64,000 nucleotides of DNA from an uncultured Chlamydiae bacterium (GCA_963830365.1 CAWHMU010000045.1:32001-96000), one strand, 5' to 3'; positions 51,664-61,794 are shown, numbered from the stretch's first letter. The notes: generated from the letters alone by a model not told the origin. Made by a program: numbers and translations.

Positions 51664-54300
51664 ATGAAATCCAATGCTGATCAGCTCAAGACTTCAGAAT
51701 CGAACCCTGAATCAAAAACCGATGCAAAGGACGATCTAAAAACCCTTCCCATGCCGGAATTGGAAAAGAAATTGGGGTCTTCATCCGAAGGGCTTACGCA
51801 AGCCGAGGCACAGAAACGACTGGCCCAATATGGGCCTAACGAGATTGAAGAAGAGAAAACCAATCCGCTCCTTAAATTCCTTAGTTATTTTTGGGGTCCC
51901 ATTCCGTGGATGATTGAAATCGCGGTGATTCTGTCAGGAGTAGACCGCCACTGGCCGGATTTTTTTATCATCCTGCTTTTACTTTTTACCAATGCCATCG
52001 TCGGATTTTGGGAAGAACGCCAGGCTGGAAATGCCATCGCTGCCCTGAAAGCCAAGCTGGCGATTAAGGCTCGAGTGAAACGCGATGGAAAATGGGTTAA
52101 TCCGGCGGCGCGTGAATTGGTGCCGGGAGATGTCATTCGGTTGCGCATGGGCGATATTGTGCCGGCGGATGCGCGCTTGTTAGAGGGGGATCCAGTGGAG
52201 GTAGATCAGTCTGCGCTGACAGGAGAATCACTGCCAGTCACCCACAAATCCGGCGAGGCAGTGTTTTCCGGATCGATTATACGCCAGGGCGAAATCGGAG
52301 CGCTGGTATATGGCACTGGTGCAAATACCTACTTCGGCAAGACAGCGCAATTAGTCCAAGAAGCGCATAGCGTTAGCCACTTTCAAAAAGCGGTTTTGAA
52401 GATCGGCAATTATCTGATCATCCTCGCAGTGGTGCTGGTAGCCCTGATTATTACTGTCGCGATCTTCCGTGGGGATCCGATCCTCACTACATTGCAGTTC
52501 GCCTTAGTATTGACGGTAGCGGCGATTCCTGTGGCCATGCCGACAGTACTATCGGTTACGATGGCAGTCGGTGCGCGCCTACTCGCCAGAAAAGAAGCCA
52601 TTGTGAGCAGGTTAGTGGCCATCGAAGAATTGGCAGGCGTGGATGTTCTGTGCGCGGACAAGACCGGCACCCTGACCCAGAACAAGCTGACACTTGGCGA
52701 TCCTTTCTGCATAAACAATGTTAGCACCGAGCAAGTCGTTCTCAATGCCGCACTGGCATCGCGCGCAGATAATAACGATACCATTGATCTGGCCGTGCTG
52801 GGCGGTTTGAAAAATAAAGATGCAATGAAAGGCTATCAGGTAGTCCATTTCCAGCCATTCGACCCGGTGCATAAACGTACCGAGGCCACAGTCAAGGATA
52901 AGGATGGAAAACAGTTCAAAGTGACGAAAGGGGCGCCGCAGGTGATTATGGCATTGTCGGCCAATGCCGAGCAAGTGAAGACCGCCGTCGAAAAAGCTGT
53001 CGACGAATTTGCGGCGCGCGGCTTTCGTTCTTTGGGTGTGGCGCGAGCCGATGGAGACGGCAAATGGCAGTATCTTGGTGTATTGCCTCTGTTCGACCCG
53101 CCAAGAGACGACGCCAAGGCAACGATTGCCACCGCCACTCAAATGGGAGTGCAGGTTAAGATGGTTACTGGCGATGCCATAGCCATTGCCAAGGAAACCG
53201 CTAAAACATTAGGCATGGGCACAAACATTCTTGATGCTACCGGCCTTGGCAACGCAAAGAAGCAAGAGACAAAGGCAATGGATGAGTCCATTGAGAAGGC
53301 CGATGGTTTCGCACAAGTGTTTCCAGAACATAAGTTCCACATTATAGATGTCTTGCAAAAACTCGGCCACATTGTAGGCATGACGGGCGACGGGGTGAAT
53401 GACGCTCCGGCTCTGAAAAAGGCAGACTGCGGGATTGCCGTTTCTGGCGCAACGGACGCGGCACGCGCGGCGGCAGCTATCGTGCTGCTCACGCCCGGAC
53501 TATCCGTGATTATTGATGCGATCAAAGAAAGCCGCCGTATCTTCCAGAGGATGAATAGTTATGCGATCTATCGAATTGCCGAGACATTGCGCGTGCTATT
53601 TTTTATGACGCTTGCGATCCTGATCTTTAACTTTTATCCACTGACGGCGGTGATGATTGTGATGCTGGCATTGCTTAACGACGGTGCCATTCTGTCCATT
53701 GCCTATGACAACGTGCATTACAAAAATAAGCCCGAAGCCTGGAATATGCACATGGTACTGGGCATCGCAACGGTACTTGGTGTCATCGGGGTGGTCGCAG
53801 CCTTCGGTTTGTTTTATCTCGGCGAGCGCGTCTTTCATCTCGACCGTGCGCATATTCAGACAATGATGTATTTGAAGCTATCTGTGGCGGGGCATCTAAC
53901 GATCTTTCTTACGCGTACCCGTGGCCCTTTCTGGTCCATACCCCCAGCGCGCATTTTATGGATGGCCGTGCTTGGTACTCAAACCGTGGCGACGTTTATC
54001 GCAGTTTATGGGCTATTTATGACGCCACTTGGCTGGGGGTGGGCACTGTTCGTGTGGGTATATGCGGTGTTATGGGCGCTTGTGAATGATCGCGTTAAAT
54101 TGCTGGCATATCGGTTCATTGACCCTGTCAAAGCCGAACCAAAACATGAAACGAAGACGAAGTCAAGTTCTGATGTGACGCCGCAGATCGCTAAACGCGC
54201 CTATGAACTTTACGAGAAGAACGGGCGCCAAGATGGCCATGCAGAGGAAGATTGGGAGCAGGCAGAGCGTGAAATTCGAAAAGATGAAACTCATACATGA
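51664..54300 (+). CDS. Plasma-membrane-type H+-exporting P3A ATPase with C-terminal DUF2934-like module
   Basis: FWGPIPWMIE, DQSALTGES, AIPVAMP.VLSVTMAVGA, CADKTGTLTQN, PFDPV.KRT, KGAPQ, TGDGVNDAPALK, IFQRMNSYAIYRI, LLNDGAILSIAYD. Confidence 0.92.
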   Translation: MKSNADQLKTSESNPESKTDAKDDLKTLPMPELEKKLGSSSEGLTQAEAQKRLAQYGPNEIEEEKTNPLLKFLSYFWGPIPWMIEIAVILSGVDRHWPDFFIILLLLFTNAIVGFWEERQAGNAIAALKAKLAIKARVKRDGKWVNPAARELVPGDVIRLRMGDIVPADARLLEGDPVEVDQSALTGESLPVTHKSGEAVFSGSIIRQGEIGALVYGTGANTYFGKTAQLVQEAHSVSHFQKAVLKIGNYLIILAVVLVALIITVAIFRGDPILTTLQFALVLTVAAIPVAMPTVLSVTMAVGARLLARKEAIVSRLVAIEELAGVDVLCADKTGTLTQNKLTLGDPFCINNVSTEQVVLNAALASRADNNDTIDLAVLGGLKNKDAMKGYQVVHFQPFDPVHKRTEATVKDKDGKQFKVTKGAPQVIMALSANAEQVKTAVEKAVDEFAARGFRSLGVARADGDGKWQYLGVLPLFDPPRDDAKATIATATQMGVQVKMVTGDAIAIAKETAKTLGMGTNILDATGLGNAKKQETKAMDESIEKADGFAQVFPEHKFHIIDVLQKLGHIVGMTGDGVNDAPALKKADCGIAVSGATDAARAAAAIVLLTPGLSVIIDAIKESRRIFQRMNSYAIYRIAETLRVLFFMTLAILIFNFYPLTAVMIVMLALLNDGAILSIAYDNVHYKNKPEAWNMHMVLGIATVLGVIGVVAAFGLFYLGERVFHLDRAHIQTMMYLKLSVAGHLTIFLTRTRGPFWSIPPARILWMAVLGTQTVATFIAVYGLFMTPLGWGWALFVWVYAVLWALVNDRVKLLAYRFIDPVKAEPKHETKTKSSSDVTPQIAKRAYELYEKNGRQDGHAEEDWEQAEREIRKDETHT

Positions 54301-54325
54301 ACTAAAAAATCAAAAGGAAATTAAA

Positions 54326-55237
54326 ATGAACAAAAGCTCTTTTTCCATCCTAGTATTCTTCGTCATTTTAATCATCGGTGCAATACTAGCATATGCCCTG
54401 CAGGTGAGTTTTGAGGGCTACGCAAGCTACTTTGTCTTTGCCGTTGCGTTTCTCATTGCCTACGTCGTTTCGGCATCAATTAATGTTGCAAATCAGTGGG
54501 ACAGGGCCATCGTTTTGCGACTGGGCCATTTTCACGCCTTAAAGGGGCCAGGCTTGTTTTTTATCATCCCTATTATCGATAAAGTAGCTTACTGGATCGA
54601 CATCCGAGTTATCACGAGTTCATTCAAAGCGGAAAAAACGTTGACCAAAGATACGGTGCCTGTCGATGTCGATGCGGTCCTCTTTTGGAAAGTAATTGAT
54701 CCAAAGAAGGCTGCCCTGGAGGTCGCCGATTACATAAGTGCCATTGGGTGGGCCTCGCAAACAGCCCTGCGCGATGTGATTGGCAAGACGATGCTTTCCG
54801 ACATGCTTGAAGGACGAAATAAAATCAGCAATGAACTGCAAATCATCATTGATGAGCGGACCGAGCCTTGGGGAATCAATGTCATTTCTGTCGAAGTCAA
54901 AGATGTGCTGATTCCACCCGCTTTAGAAGATGCCATGTCAATGCAAGCGCAGGCGGAAAGGGAACGTCAGGCCCGGGTCATTCTTGGAGATTCAGAGCGG
55001 CAAGTGGCAGAAAAATTTGGCGAAGCGGCTAAGACCTATATCAACAATCCTGTGGCATTGCATTTAAGGGCTATGAACATGCTTTATGAAGGATTAAAAC
55101 AAAACTCTACTATCGTCATTGTCCCCAGCTCGGCCATCGAAACGATGCAACTGGGAGGTCTGGCGGGAATGACCGCCTTGACTATGGGATTGGATCAAAA
55201 GCAACCGGGCAATCCAAAAAAAGATGAGGTAGAGTAA
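54326..55237 (+). CDS. SPFH/band-7 (stomatin/slipin) membrane protein
   Basis: Two N-terminal TM segments, LRLG, GPGLFFIIP, LTKDTVPVDVDAV, QTALRDVIG, WGI.V..VEVKDV, QAQAERERQAR. ATG at 54326 after AAAGGA. Confidence 0.9.
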   Translation: MNKSSFSILVFFVILIIGAILAYALQVSFEGYASYFVFAVAFLIAYVVSASINVANQWDRAIVLRLGHFHALKGPGLFFIIPIIDKVAYWIDIRVITSSFKAEKTLTKDTVPVDVDAVLFWKVIDPKKAALEVADYISAIGWASQTALRDVIGKTMLSDMLEGRNKISNELQIIIDERTEPWGINVISVEVKDVLIPPALEDAMSMQAQAERERQARVILGDSERQVAEKFGEAAKTYINNPVALHLRAMNMLYEGLKQNSTIVIVPSSAIETMQLGGLAGMTALTMGLDQKQPGNPKKDEVE

Positions 55238-55241
55238 AATC

Positions 55242-56669
55242 ATGACCAATAAACAGCCAGATCAACAATATGAAATAGGCATGGTCGGCTTGGGCGTCAT
55301 GGGGCGCAATCTCTTGCTGAACATGGCAGAGCATGGTTTTTCAGTGGCGGGTTACGACAAAGATCCCTCCAAGGTTGAAGCCTTGCGTCAGGCAGCGGAG
55401 AATCGCGAAATCCGGGGCGCTTCGGACATCAAGGAATTCATCGGCTTGCTCCGTCAACCGCGCGCAGTCATGCTGCTCGTTCCGGCCGGAGCTCCCGTTG
55501 ATGCGGTAATTAAAGATCTGCTGGAGCATCTTCAACCAGGCGACCTGATCATTGACGGCGGAAACTCCTACTTCAAAGACACTGATGTGCGCGCCCGCCA
55601 CTTGAAAGCGCAAGGCATCCAGTTCCTCGGTGTGGGAGTTTCCGGTGGCGAAGAAGGTGCTCGGCATGGTCCGAGCATTATGCCAGGCGGACCCAAAGAG
55701 GCATATGAGCGTGTCCGTCCGATCTTTGAAGCTGCTGCAGCCAAGGTGAATGGCGATCCGTGCGTGACCTGGCTCGGACCAAGGTCGGCCGGACATTTCG
55801 TGAAGATGGTCCATAACGGCATCGAATACGGTATTATGCAACTGCTGGCCGAGACATATGATCTGATGAAACGTGGTTTAGAAATGAATGACGATGAAGT
55901 GGGCGAGGTTTATGCTTTATGGAACAAAGGCGAACTCAACGGTTATCTGATGGAAATAACCAGCCAAATTTTTTCCAAACAGGACAAAAAAACAAACAAA
56001 CGGCTGATCGACGAAATCCTCGATGTAGCCAGACAAAAAGGCACTGGCATGTGGACCTCGCAAAGCGCGATGGGACTGCAAGTGCCGATTCCGACCATCG
56101 ATTTGGCGGTTGCCATGCGCGATATGTCTGTGTTCGAAGAGGAACGGAAGCAAGCCAGCACGATTTATCAGCGGCCAATAAAACGCTTGAATAGCGACCG
56201 CAGCATGTTCCTTAAGCAACTGCACAGTGCACTTTATGCCGCGATGATCATCACATATGCGCAGGGCTTTGCTCTTTTAGTGGCAGCCTCAGATCAATAC
56301 AAGTATCAAATCGATTTTGAATCCGTAGCGCGGATTTGGAGAGGCGGTTGTATCATCCGCGCGGCCTTGCTGGAAGATATCTGTGCAGCCTTTCGCAGCA
56401 GACGCGATCTAACGAATTTGCTGCTGGATCCCAATATATCCCGCAAAATGATGGAGCATCAGGCGAGCTTGCGCCAAGTCGTTTGCCAGGCGGCCGAAAC
56501 AGGCGTGCCAGTGCCTGGGTTAATGGTTTCGTTGGGCTATTTCGATGCTTACGGCAGCGCGTGGCTTCCAGCCAATCTCATTCAAGCCCAGCGCGATTAT
56601 TTTGGAGCCCATACTTATGAGCGGATCGATGCTAAGGGCACTTTTCATATGGAATGGGAGAAGGAGTAA
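55242..56669 (+). CDS. gndA: NADP-dependent 6-phosphogluconate dehydrogenase
   Basis: GLGVMG, IDGGNS, GVSGGEEGARHGP, GHFVKMVHNGIEYG, QKGTG, WRGGCIIR, QAQRDYFGAHTY. Confidence 0.97.
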   Translation: MTNKQPDQQYEIGMVGLGVMGRNLLLNMAEHGFSVAGYDKDPSKVEALRQAAENREIRGASDIKEFIGLLRQPRAVMLLVPAGAPVDAVIKDLLEHLQPGDLIIDGGNSYFKDTDVRARHLKAQGIQFLGVGVSGGEEGARHGPSIMPGGPKEAYERVRPIFEAAAAKVNGDPCVTWLGPRSAGHFVKMVHNGIEYGIMQLLAETYDLMKRGLEMNDDEVGEVYALWNKGELNGYLMEITSQIFSKQDKKTNKRLIDEILDVARQKGTGMWTSQSAMGLQVPIPTIDLAVAMRDMSVFEEERKQASTIYQRPIKRLNSDRSMFLKQLHSALYAAMIITYAQGFALLVAASDQYKYQIDFESVARIWRGGCIIRAALLEDICAAFRSRRDLTNLLLDPNISRKMMEHQASLRQVVCQAAETGVPVPGLMVSLGYFDAYGSAWLPANLIQAQRDYFGAHTYERIDAKGTFHMEWEKE

Positions 56670-56674
56670 ACAGC

Positions 56675-58228
56675 ATGCAAACGAAAGATCAACTCGAGCC
56701 GACTGTATTCGTTATTTTTGGCGGCGGCGGAGACTTGACCTGGCGGAAACTTGTGCCGGCCTTGTTTGACCTCTCCCAGGATCGAAGTATGCCTGCTTAT
56801 TTTTCGATCATTGTGGTAGATCGCGTTGACTTGAGCGACGAAAAGCTACGCCGCCGACTCCATGATGGTGTTAAAAAATTTTCGCGGCATGGAATGGTGA
56901 AAACTAGCGAATGGAGCAAGTTTGCCAAACATATTCACTATCAGAAGGGCGATTTCAAGAAGCTGGAAACTTATAGGACCTTAGGCAAACAATGTAAGAA
57001 GCTGGAAGAGGAATGGGACACCAAAGCCCACCGCATTTTTTATATGGCTACACCGCCCAGTATGTTTGGAGAAATCCCAAAATATCTCGGCAAAGCAGGC
57101 TTGACATGTGACCAGAAGTGGGCGCGGATTGTGATCGAGAAACCGATTGGCTATGACTTGGAATCTGCCAGAGCTTTGAATGCGATCCTTGCTGCAAATT
57201 TCGATGAATCACAAATCTTCCGCATCGATCATTATTTGGGCAAGGAAACAGTACAGAACATTTTGGCTTTTCGTTTTGCTAATCCTCTCTTTGAGCCGAT
57301 CTGGAATCGTCGCTATGTGGATTATGTCACCATCACCGTTGCGGAAACTGTCGGGGTCGAGCATCGGGGCGCCTATTACGACCACGCCGGCGCCCTGCGT
57401 GACATGGTACAGAATCACCTAATGCAACTGCTCTGTCTGGTTGCAATGGAACCTATGGTCTCGTTTGAAGCTGACGAAATTCGCAATAAGAAAGTGGACG
57501 TTCTTCACGCCGTTCGGCCGATTCACCGAGATGACGTTCATCAATGCGTTGTGCGTGGGCAATACGGACAAGGTTGGGAAGATGGAAAAAAAGTTACTAG
57601 TTACCGGAACGAAGATGGTGTGGCACCTGATTCCCAAACTGAAACATTTGTCGCACTTAGGCTTTCCATCGACAATTGGCGCTGGCAGGGCGTGCCTTTT
57701 TACCTCCGCACCGGAAAACGTCTTAATCGGCAGGCCTCGGAAATTATGATCCAATTCCGCGGAGTGCCTCATCAGTCCTTTCCGGCCGAGGCAACTCTCG
57801 ATTGGCAGCCATCACGTCTGGTAATGTCTATCCAGCCGGAAGAAGGAATTGTGCTGCGCTTTCAGGCGAAACATCCCGGGTCAAAGATCCACCTGCGCTC
57901 CGTGGAAATGCAGTTTAATTATGAGGATGCCTTCGCTATCCGCTCGCCTGATGCTTATGAAACGTTGCTATGGGACATCATGAAGAACGACGCCACTTTG
58001 TTTATGCGAGCGGATCAAGTAGAGGCGGCTTGGCAGTTATTGATGCCCGTGCTCGATGTCTGGGCGGAGTCTCCGCCCAGTGATTTCCCCAATTACGCCT
58101 CCGGTACGTGGGGACCTGAGACTGTTCAAGGCCTGCTAGCTGAAGGACACTGTTGGCCGTTACCTACTGAATTACTGGGGCATTATAAGAAGAAAGAAAA
58201 GGGTTCTTGTAAAAGTAAGAGGAACTAG
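56675..58228 (+). CDS. zwf: Glucose-6-phosphate 1-dehydrogenase
   Basis: FGGGGDL..RKL.P, EKPIG, RIDHYLGKE, RDMVQNHL, RWQGVPFYLRTGK, AYE.LL. ATG at 56675 after AAGGAG. Confidence 0.97.
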   Translation: MQTKDQLEPTVFVIFGGGGDLTWRKLVPALFDLSQDRSMPAYFSIIVVDRVDLSDEKLRRRLHDGVKKFSRHGMVKTSEWSKFAKHIHYQKGDFKKLETYRTLGKQCKKLEEEWDTKAHRIFYMATPPSMFGEIPKYLGKAGLTCDQKWARIVIEKPIGYDLESARALNAILAANFDESQIFRIDHYLGKETVQNILAFRFANPLFEPIWNRRYVDYVTITVAETVGVEHRGAYYDHAGALRDMVQNHLMQLLCLVAMEPMVSFEADEIRNKKVDVLHAVRPIHRDDVHQCVVRGQYGQGWEDGKKVTSYRNEDGVAPDSQTETFVALRLSIDNWRWQGVPFYLRTGKRLNRQASEIMIQFRGVPHQSFPAEATLDWQPSRLVMSIQPEEGIVLRFQAKHPGSKIHLRSVEMQFNYEDAFAIRSPDAYETLLWDIMKNDATLFMRADQVEAAWQLLMPVLDVWAESPPSDFPNYASGTWGPETVQGLLAEGHCWPLPTELLGHYKKKEKGSCKSKRN

Positions 58229-59158
58229 ATGAAGCAAAGTCTGCTAAACCAGATTCGTCACTTTTTTGATGAGGAGGTATGGGATATTCCGGAGGATCCT
58301 GCCAAACCAATCAAATCATTTTTTATAAGAACTTTAAAAATTTCTCTTTCTGCCGGTATTGGATTTTTTAAAGATGAATGCACTTTAAAAGCATCAGCTT
58401 TAACTTATTACTCTCTACTTACGATCGTTCCGTTTCTCGCGGTAGCATTTGGAATAGCAGCAGGACTCGGTTTTGAAAAATCTTTTGAATCAGTCATCTT
58501 AGACAAATTTAAAGATCAACCCGAATTGGCTAACAAAATAATGGATTTTACCCATTCCACGCTAGCCCATGCTCAAGGGGGGGTGATTGCCGGAACTGGC
58601 ATCATTATGTTAATTTGGGCCGTCCTTATGCTGATGGCTTGTATCGAACAGTCCATAAATGATATTTGGAAAGTAAAAAACACACGTTCCCTTTCAAGAA
58701 GACTTGCCAGTTATTTGGCGACGATATTTTTTTTCCCCATTTTTTTTGTAACTTCGAGCGCTATTTCCATTTATGTGTTGAGAGGGATTATTGAAGCGAG
58801 TAAGGCCACTGACCTTTATAATACACTAAATCCTCTGATCAGTTTTTTATTCCATATTGTTCCCATCGTTTTAAGTTGGCTGTCCTTCACCTTCGTTTAT
58901 CTTTTTGTACCTTGCACCAAAGTTCCATGGAAATCAGGAGTGATCGCAGGCATAATTGCCGGTACGACCTACCAGATTGTTCAATGGACTTATTTTCATT
59001 TTCAGATTGGTTTGTCGAGTTATGGAGCCATCTATGGGAGTTTTGCCGCTATTCCGCTATTTCTAATATGGCTTAACTTAAACTGGCTCATTCTGCTTGC
59101 AGGAGCTCAAATCGCCCATCAGTTAAAAATAAGCCATTTAGCATCAAAAGCAACTTAG
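58229..59158 (+). CDS. YihY/virulence factor BrkB-family membrane protein
   Basis: ASALTYYSLL.IVP, E..INDIW, YGAIYGSFAAIPLFLIWL...W.I.L.GA. Confidence 0.9.
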   Translation: MKQSLLNQIRHFFDEEVWDIPEDPAKPIKSFFIRTLKISLSAGIGFFKDECTLKASALTYYSLLTIVPFLAVAFGIAAGLGFEKSFESVILDKFKDQPELANKIMDFTHSTLAHAQGGVIAGTGIIMLIWAVLMLMACIEQSINDIWKVKNTRSLSRRLASYLATIFFFPIFFVTSSAISIYVLRGIIEASKATDLYNTLNPLISFLFHIVPIVLSWLSFTFVYLFVPCTKVPWKSGVIAGIIAGTTYQIVQWTYFHFQIGLSSYGAIYGSFAAIPLFLIWLNLNWLILLAGAQIAHQLKISHLASKAT

Positions 59159-59319
59159 CCAAAAATATAAAAGAACTATGGTTCATCACACAAATGAAGA
59201 CCTCTCCAAGAGGATTCGTCAAAAAGCCTTAGTAATCGATGGTTGAAAAAAAGAAGTAACAATCTATTTGTAAGGTTCTCTTTGAAACAAATCGACATTC
59301 TGCCACAGAAGGTCTAGTT

Positions 59320-59557
59320 AGCCTCGATAGAGGCGGAAGCATGTAGCCATAGGTGTCAACCTATGGAATAAAATGTAGTATAAAGAGAGCCGTGAATACG
59401 GCGACAGCAACTTCAAGAGATGCTAAATCAGATACAATTTTCATAGCATATAATATCCTTTAGCCAGTGCTGTCGCCGTATTCACGGCTTTGTTTCTAAA
59501 CATTCGGTCACCACACGCTGATGCATGCGGCTACATGCTTCCGCCTCTATCGAGGCT
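59320..59557. repeat. Nested palindromic REP/REPIN-like element
   Basis: 29-bp perfect outer IR AGCCTCGATAGAGGCGGAAGCATGTAGCC (59320-59348 / 59529-59557) and 22-bp inner IR AGCCGTGAATACGGCGACAGCA (59388-59409 / 59468-59489). Confidence 0.88.
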
Positions 59558-59720
59558 TTAAAAATGCGCTCTGTCGCTTATATGGCAGCACTAGCTCAAC
59601 TCCTGCCTTCACAGGAGCGCACGTGCAATTTGCCATTTTGTATGATGTGTTTTTGCAACGTCCTCGATTAATTTACATAAGGTGAAGTACTTATTTGGAA
59701 AAGGTGTCAAAAAGGTGAAA

Positions 59721-59815
59721 AAGGTGTCAGGCTTGGCATTTGCAGATTTGACACTTAAATATCTTGCTTTCAATATTCTAAGAATCAAATCTCCAAATGC
59801 CCAGCCTGGCACCCT
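59721..59815 (+). repeat. ~95-bp MITE-like element, copy A
   Basis: Terminal IR GGTGTCAGGCTTGGCATTTG / CAAATGCCCAGCCTGGCACC; a highly similar inverted copy lies at 61468-61562. Confidence 0.8.
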
Positions 59816-60222
59816 TTATTCCTTGACGTCCATTATTATCTATGCGAGGGATTTACTGTCGGCGGCGGCCTCAAATATCAATATTGAGAGACTAGACAAG
59901 GCCGCTTAAGCACTAACGTGGGCACTTTTGTCCCGCATGGTTATCCTCCGACCATTAAAGTCTGCGCTGATGCCACATGGAGCTCTTTCAGTGCCACTTT
60001 GGATATCGGCTACTTTTTTTAAGACCTACTCTCTCCCTGTATAAAGCCGCCGGGACAAGTCACCTGAGGCGCCCTTCGGCACGCTATATAAAACATTTCC
60101 TTGACATCGACAAGGAAAGGAGCGAAAAGCAACACTAAAAAGCAAATAAACATCTTACATTGCGCCCTATCCATCTGCGCTGCGGCCCTCGTTTGCCGCG
60201 ATGCTAAAGCCAAGGAGCTTGT

Positions 60223-61347
60223 TTGATGAGTGCCGCTGTCAGCCCCGCCTGTGCCTTTGTGTGGAATGCCAGAAATTATATTATCCCGGTCACGACGTTA
60301 GGCATTCCCCTTGCCATCGAAGCCATTGTCGCCACAGTTTGGACCCTGCAAAATCCCGGCTGCATCAAGAATAGAGTGATAGAAGTTAAGCAAAATCTAA
60401 GCCAGGCATTTTGCCGCCAGCCGGAAGAAAGCACGCCCCATTATGCAAAAAAACTAGCGCTAAACATTTCGCGCACTGCAGGAGCTGCCCTCGCCCTCGG
60501 TGCAAGCGCAGCCGTGCCCTTTGTCTATATGTCTCCGCTGATGGCCATTCCGGCAGCTCTTGCAGCAATTCAACTTGTCGGCAGGACTCTGTTGTTCCTG
60601 GATCGGCTGCCAGCTATGATTGGAACAGCCAAAGACTATATAAAAGGCGCCTTCACCAAAAATCCGGATGAAGCCACTGAAGAATACCAGAAGAGGCGCT
60701 GGGAAGGGATTCGCTGCATTGTACGCTACACCCTCATCTTTGCCGGCGCTGTGACCCTGACAGCCTTTGCAGCCCAGATCGCCCGACTGCTCAGCCAAGC
60801 CCAGTCTGTGTGGAACCTTGAGACCCTGCTGCCGAATCAAACCCCTACGGTGGTATTCTGCGAATACACGCTCGTCGCCGCGCTGCACGCCGTACAGGCA
60901 GTCCTTGCCATGAAGAACCATAGCCATGGGCAAGCGATATTCCACGCTTGTGCGGCTATGGCGGGTATCGCCTTCCCGATAGGATATCTGGCCCAAGGCG
61001 ATCAGATGCGCTTGCACCATTCGATCATCGGACTGCTCGTCCAGCTTGCCCCATGGTCCTCCGTGCAGACCCTTGGCAGCATCATCGCCTTCGACTCTTT
61101 TCTGAACATGACCATGGATCCAAGAGGATATGTCGACAACTATGGCATATTCAGGCAGTACGACTATCAAAACGCTCTGGTGGAAAACATGCCTTGGGCG
61201 CTGATTTCAATATCGTCGCTGACATTTTTGGATGACGCTCTGGATTACTTTATAACAACGCCGGCACAACAGATGGCCTTAGCTTTGTCATCTGCAGGCC
61301 AGCAGAAAGGTGGTCGCCAAAAACTTGCTCCTGCTCTTTCTGTGTGA
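60223..61347 (+). CDS. Hypothetical multi-pass membrane protein (possibly Inc-like)
   Basis: 374-aa ORF, AAGGAG RBS, several long hydrophobic Ala-rich stretches; no family recognised. Start is probably the ATG at 60226. Confidence 0.7.
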   Translation: MMSAAVSPACAFVWNARNYIIPVTTLGIPLAIEAIVATVWTLQNPGCIKNRVIEVKQNLSQAFCRQPEESTPHYAKKLALNISRTAGAALALGASAAVPFVYMSPLMAIPAALAAIQLVGRTLLFLDRLPAMIGTAKDYIKGAFTKNPDEATEEYQKRRWEGIRCIVRYTLIFAGAVTLTAFAAQIARLLSQAQSVWNLETLLPNQTPTVVFCEYTLVAALHAVQAVLAMKNHSHGQAIFHACAAMAGIAFPIGYLAQGDQMRLHHSIIGLLVQLAPWSSVQTLGSIIAFDSFLNMTMDPRGYVDNYGIFRQYDYQNALVENMPWALISISSLTFLDDALDYFITTPAQQMALALSSAGQQKGGRQKLAPALSV

Positions 61348-61467
61348 GGCTGCTTTATTTGAGCAGAAGCTCTTCCAGCTTTTCCAGCTGCGGGCTGCCG
61401 GCATAGCGCTTCAATCTTGCCTCCACACAGTTCGCCGGCAGATGATTTGCCGGTATTCGGTCTTGAA

Positions 61468-61562
61468 AAGGTATCAAGCTTGGCATTTGGAGATTTTATT
61501 CTTAGAATATTGAAAGCAAGTTATTTAATTGTCAAACCTCCAAATGCCAAGCCTGATACATT
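61468..61562 (-). repeat. ~95-bp MITE-like element, copy B (inverted)
   Basis: Its reverse complement aligns with 59721-59815, including the core CTTGCTTTCAATATTCTAAGAAT. Confidence 0.8.
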
Positions 61563-61670
61563 AATCCCTGCGAATATTTAGAAGATGTGATGCGCAGCAT
61601 CATGGGCCATAACCGTCAAAAGATCCACGAACTTCTTCCCGATGAGTGGCTAAAGAGTCGCGATCAAAAA
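61560..61670 (+). pseudogene. IS66 TnpC extreme C-terminal remnant (different element)
   Basis: INPCEYLEDVMRSIMGHNRQKIHELLPDEWLKSR versus TnpC INPRDYLEYVMMRLNGHPASKLHELLPDNWAEAR. Confidence 0.75.
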
Positions 61671-61794
61671 AACGTTTCCTGATTTCCTGTTCAGATGTTC
61701 TTCTCGGGAATTGGGGGCAGACTTTCCGAGAAGAACCTTTGTGGACCCAGCCTAGAAAAGGGGGTGTAGAAGGTAACACAATGGAACAAAAATA

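Noticed and set aside
54203..54325. N-terminal extension of the SPFH ORF
   Set aside because: Overlaps the H+-ATPase tail; an RBS and ATG lie at 54326.
59850..60220. Possible ncRNA or tRNA in the long intergenic region
   Set aside because: No cloverleaf or known riboswitch/ncRNA motif recognised by eye; an Rfam/Infernal scan would be needed to exclude it.
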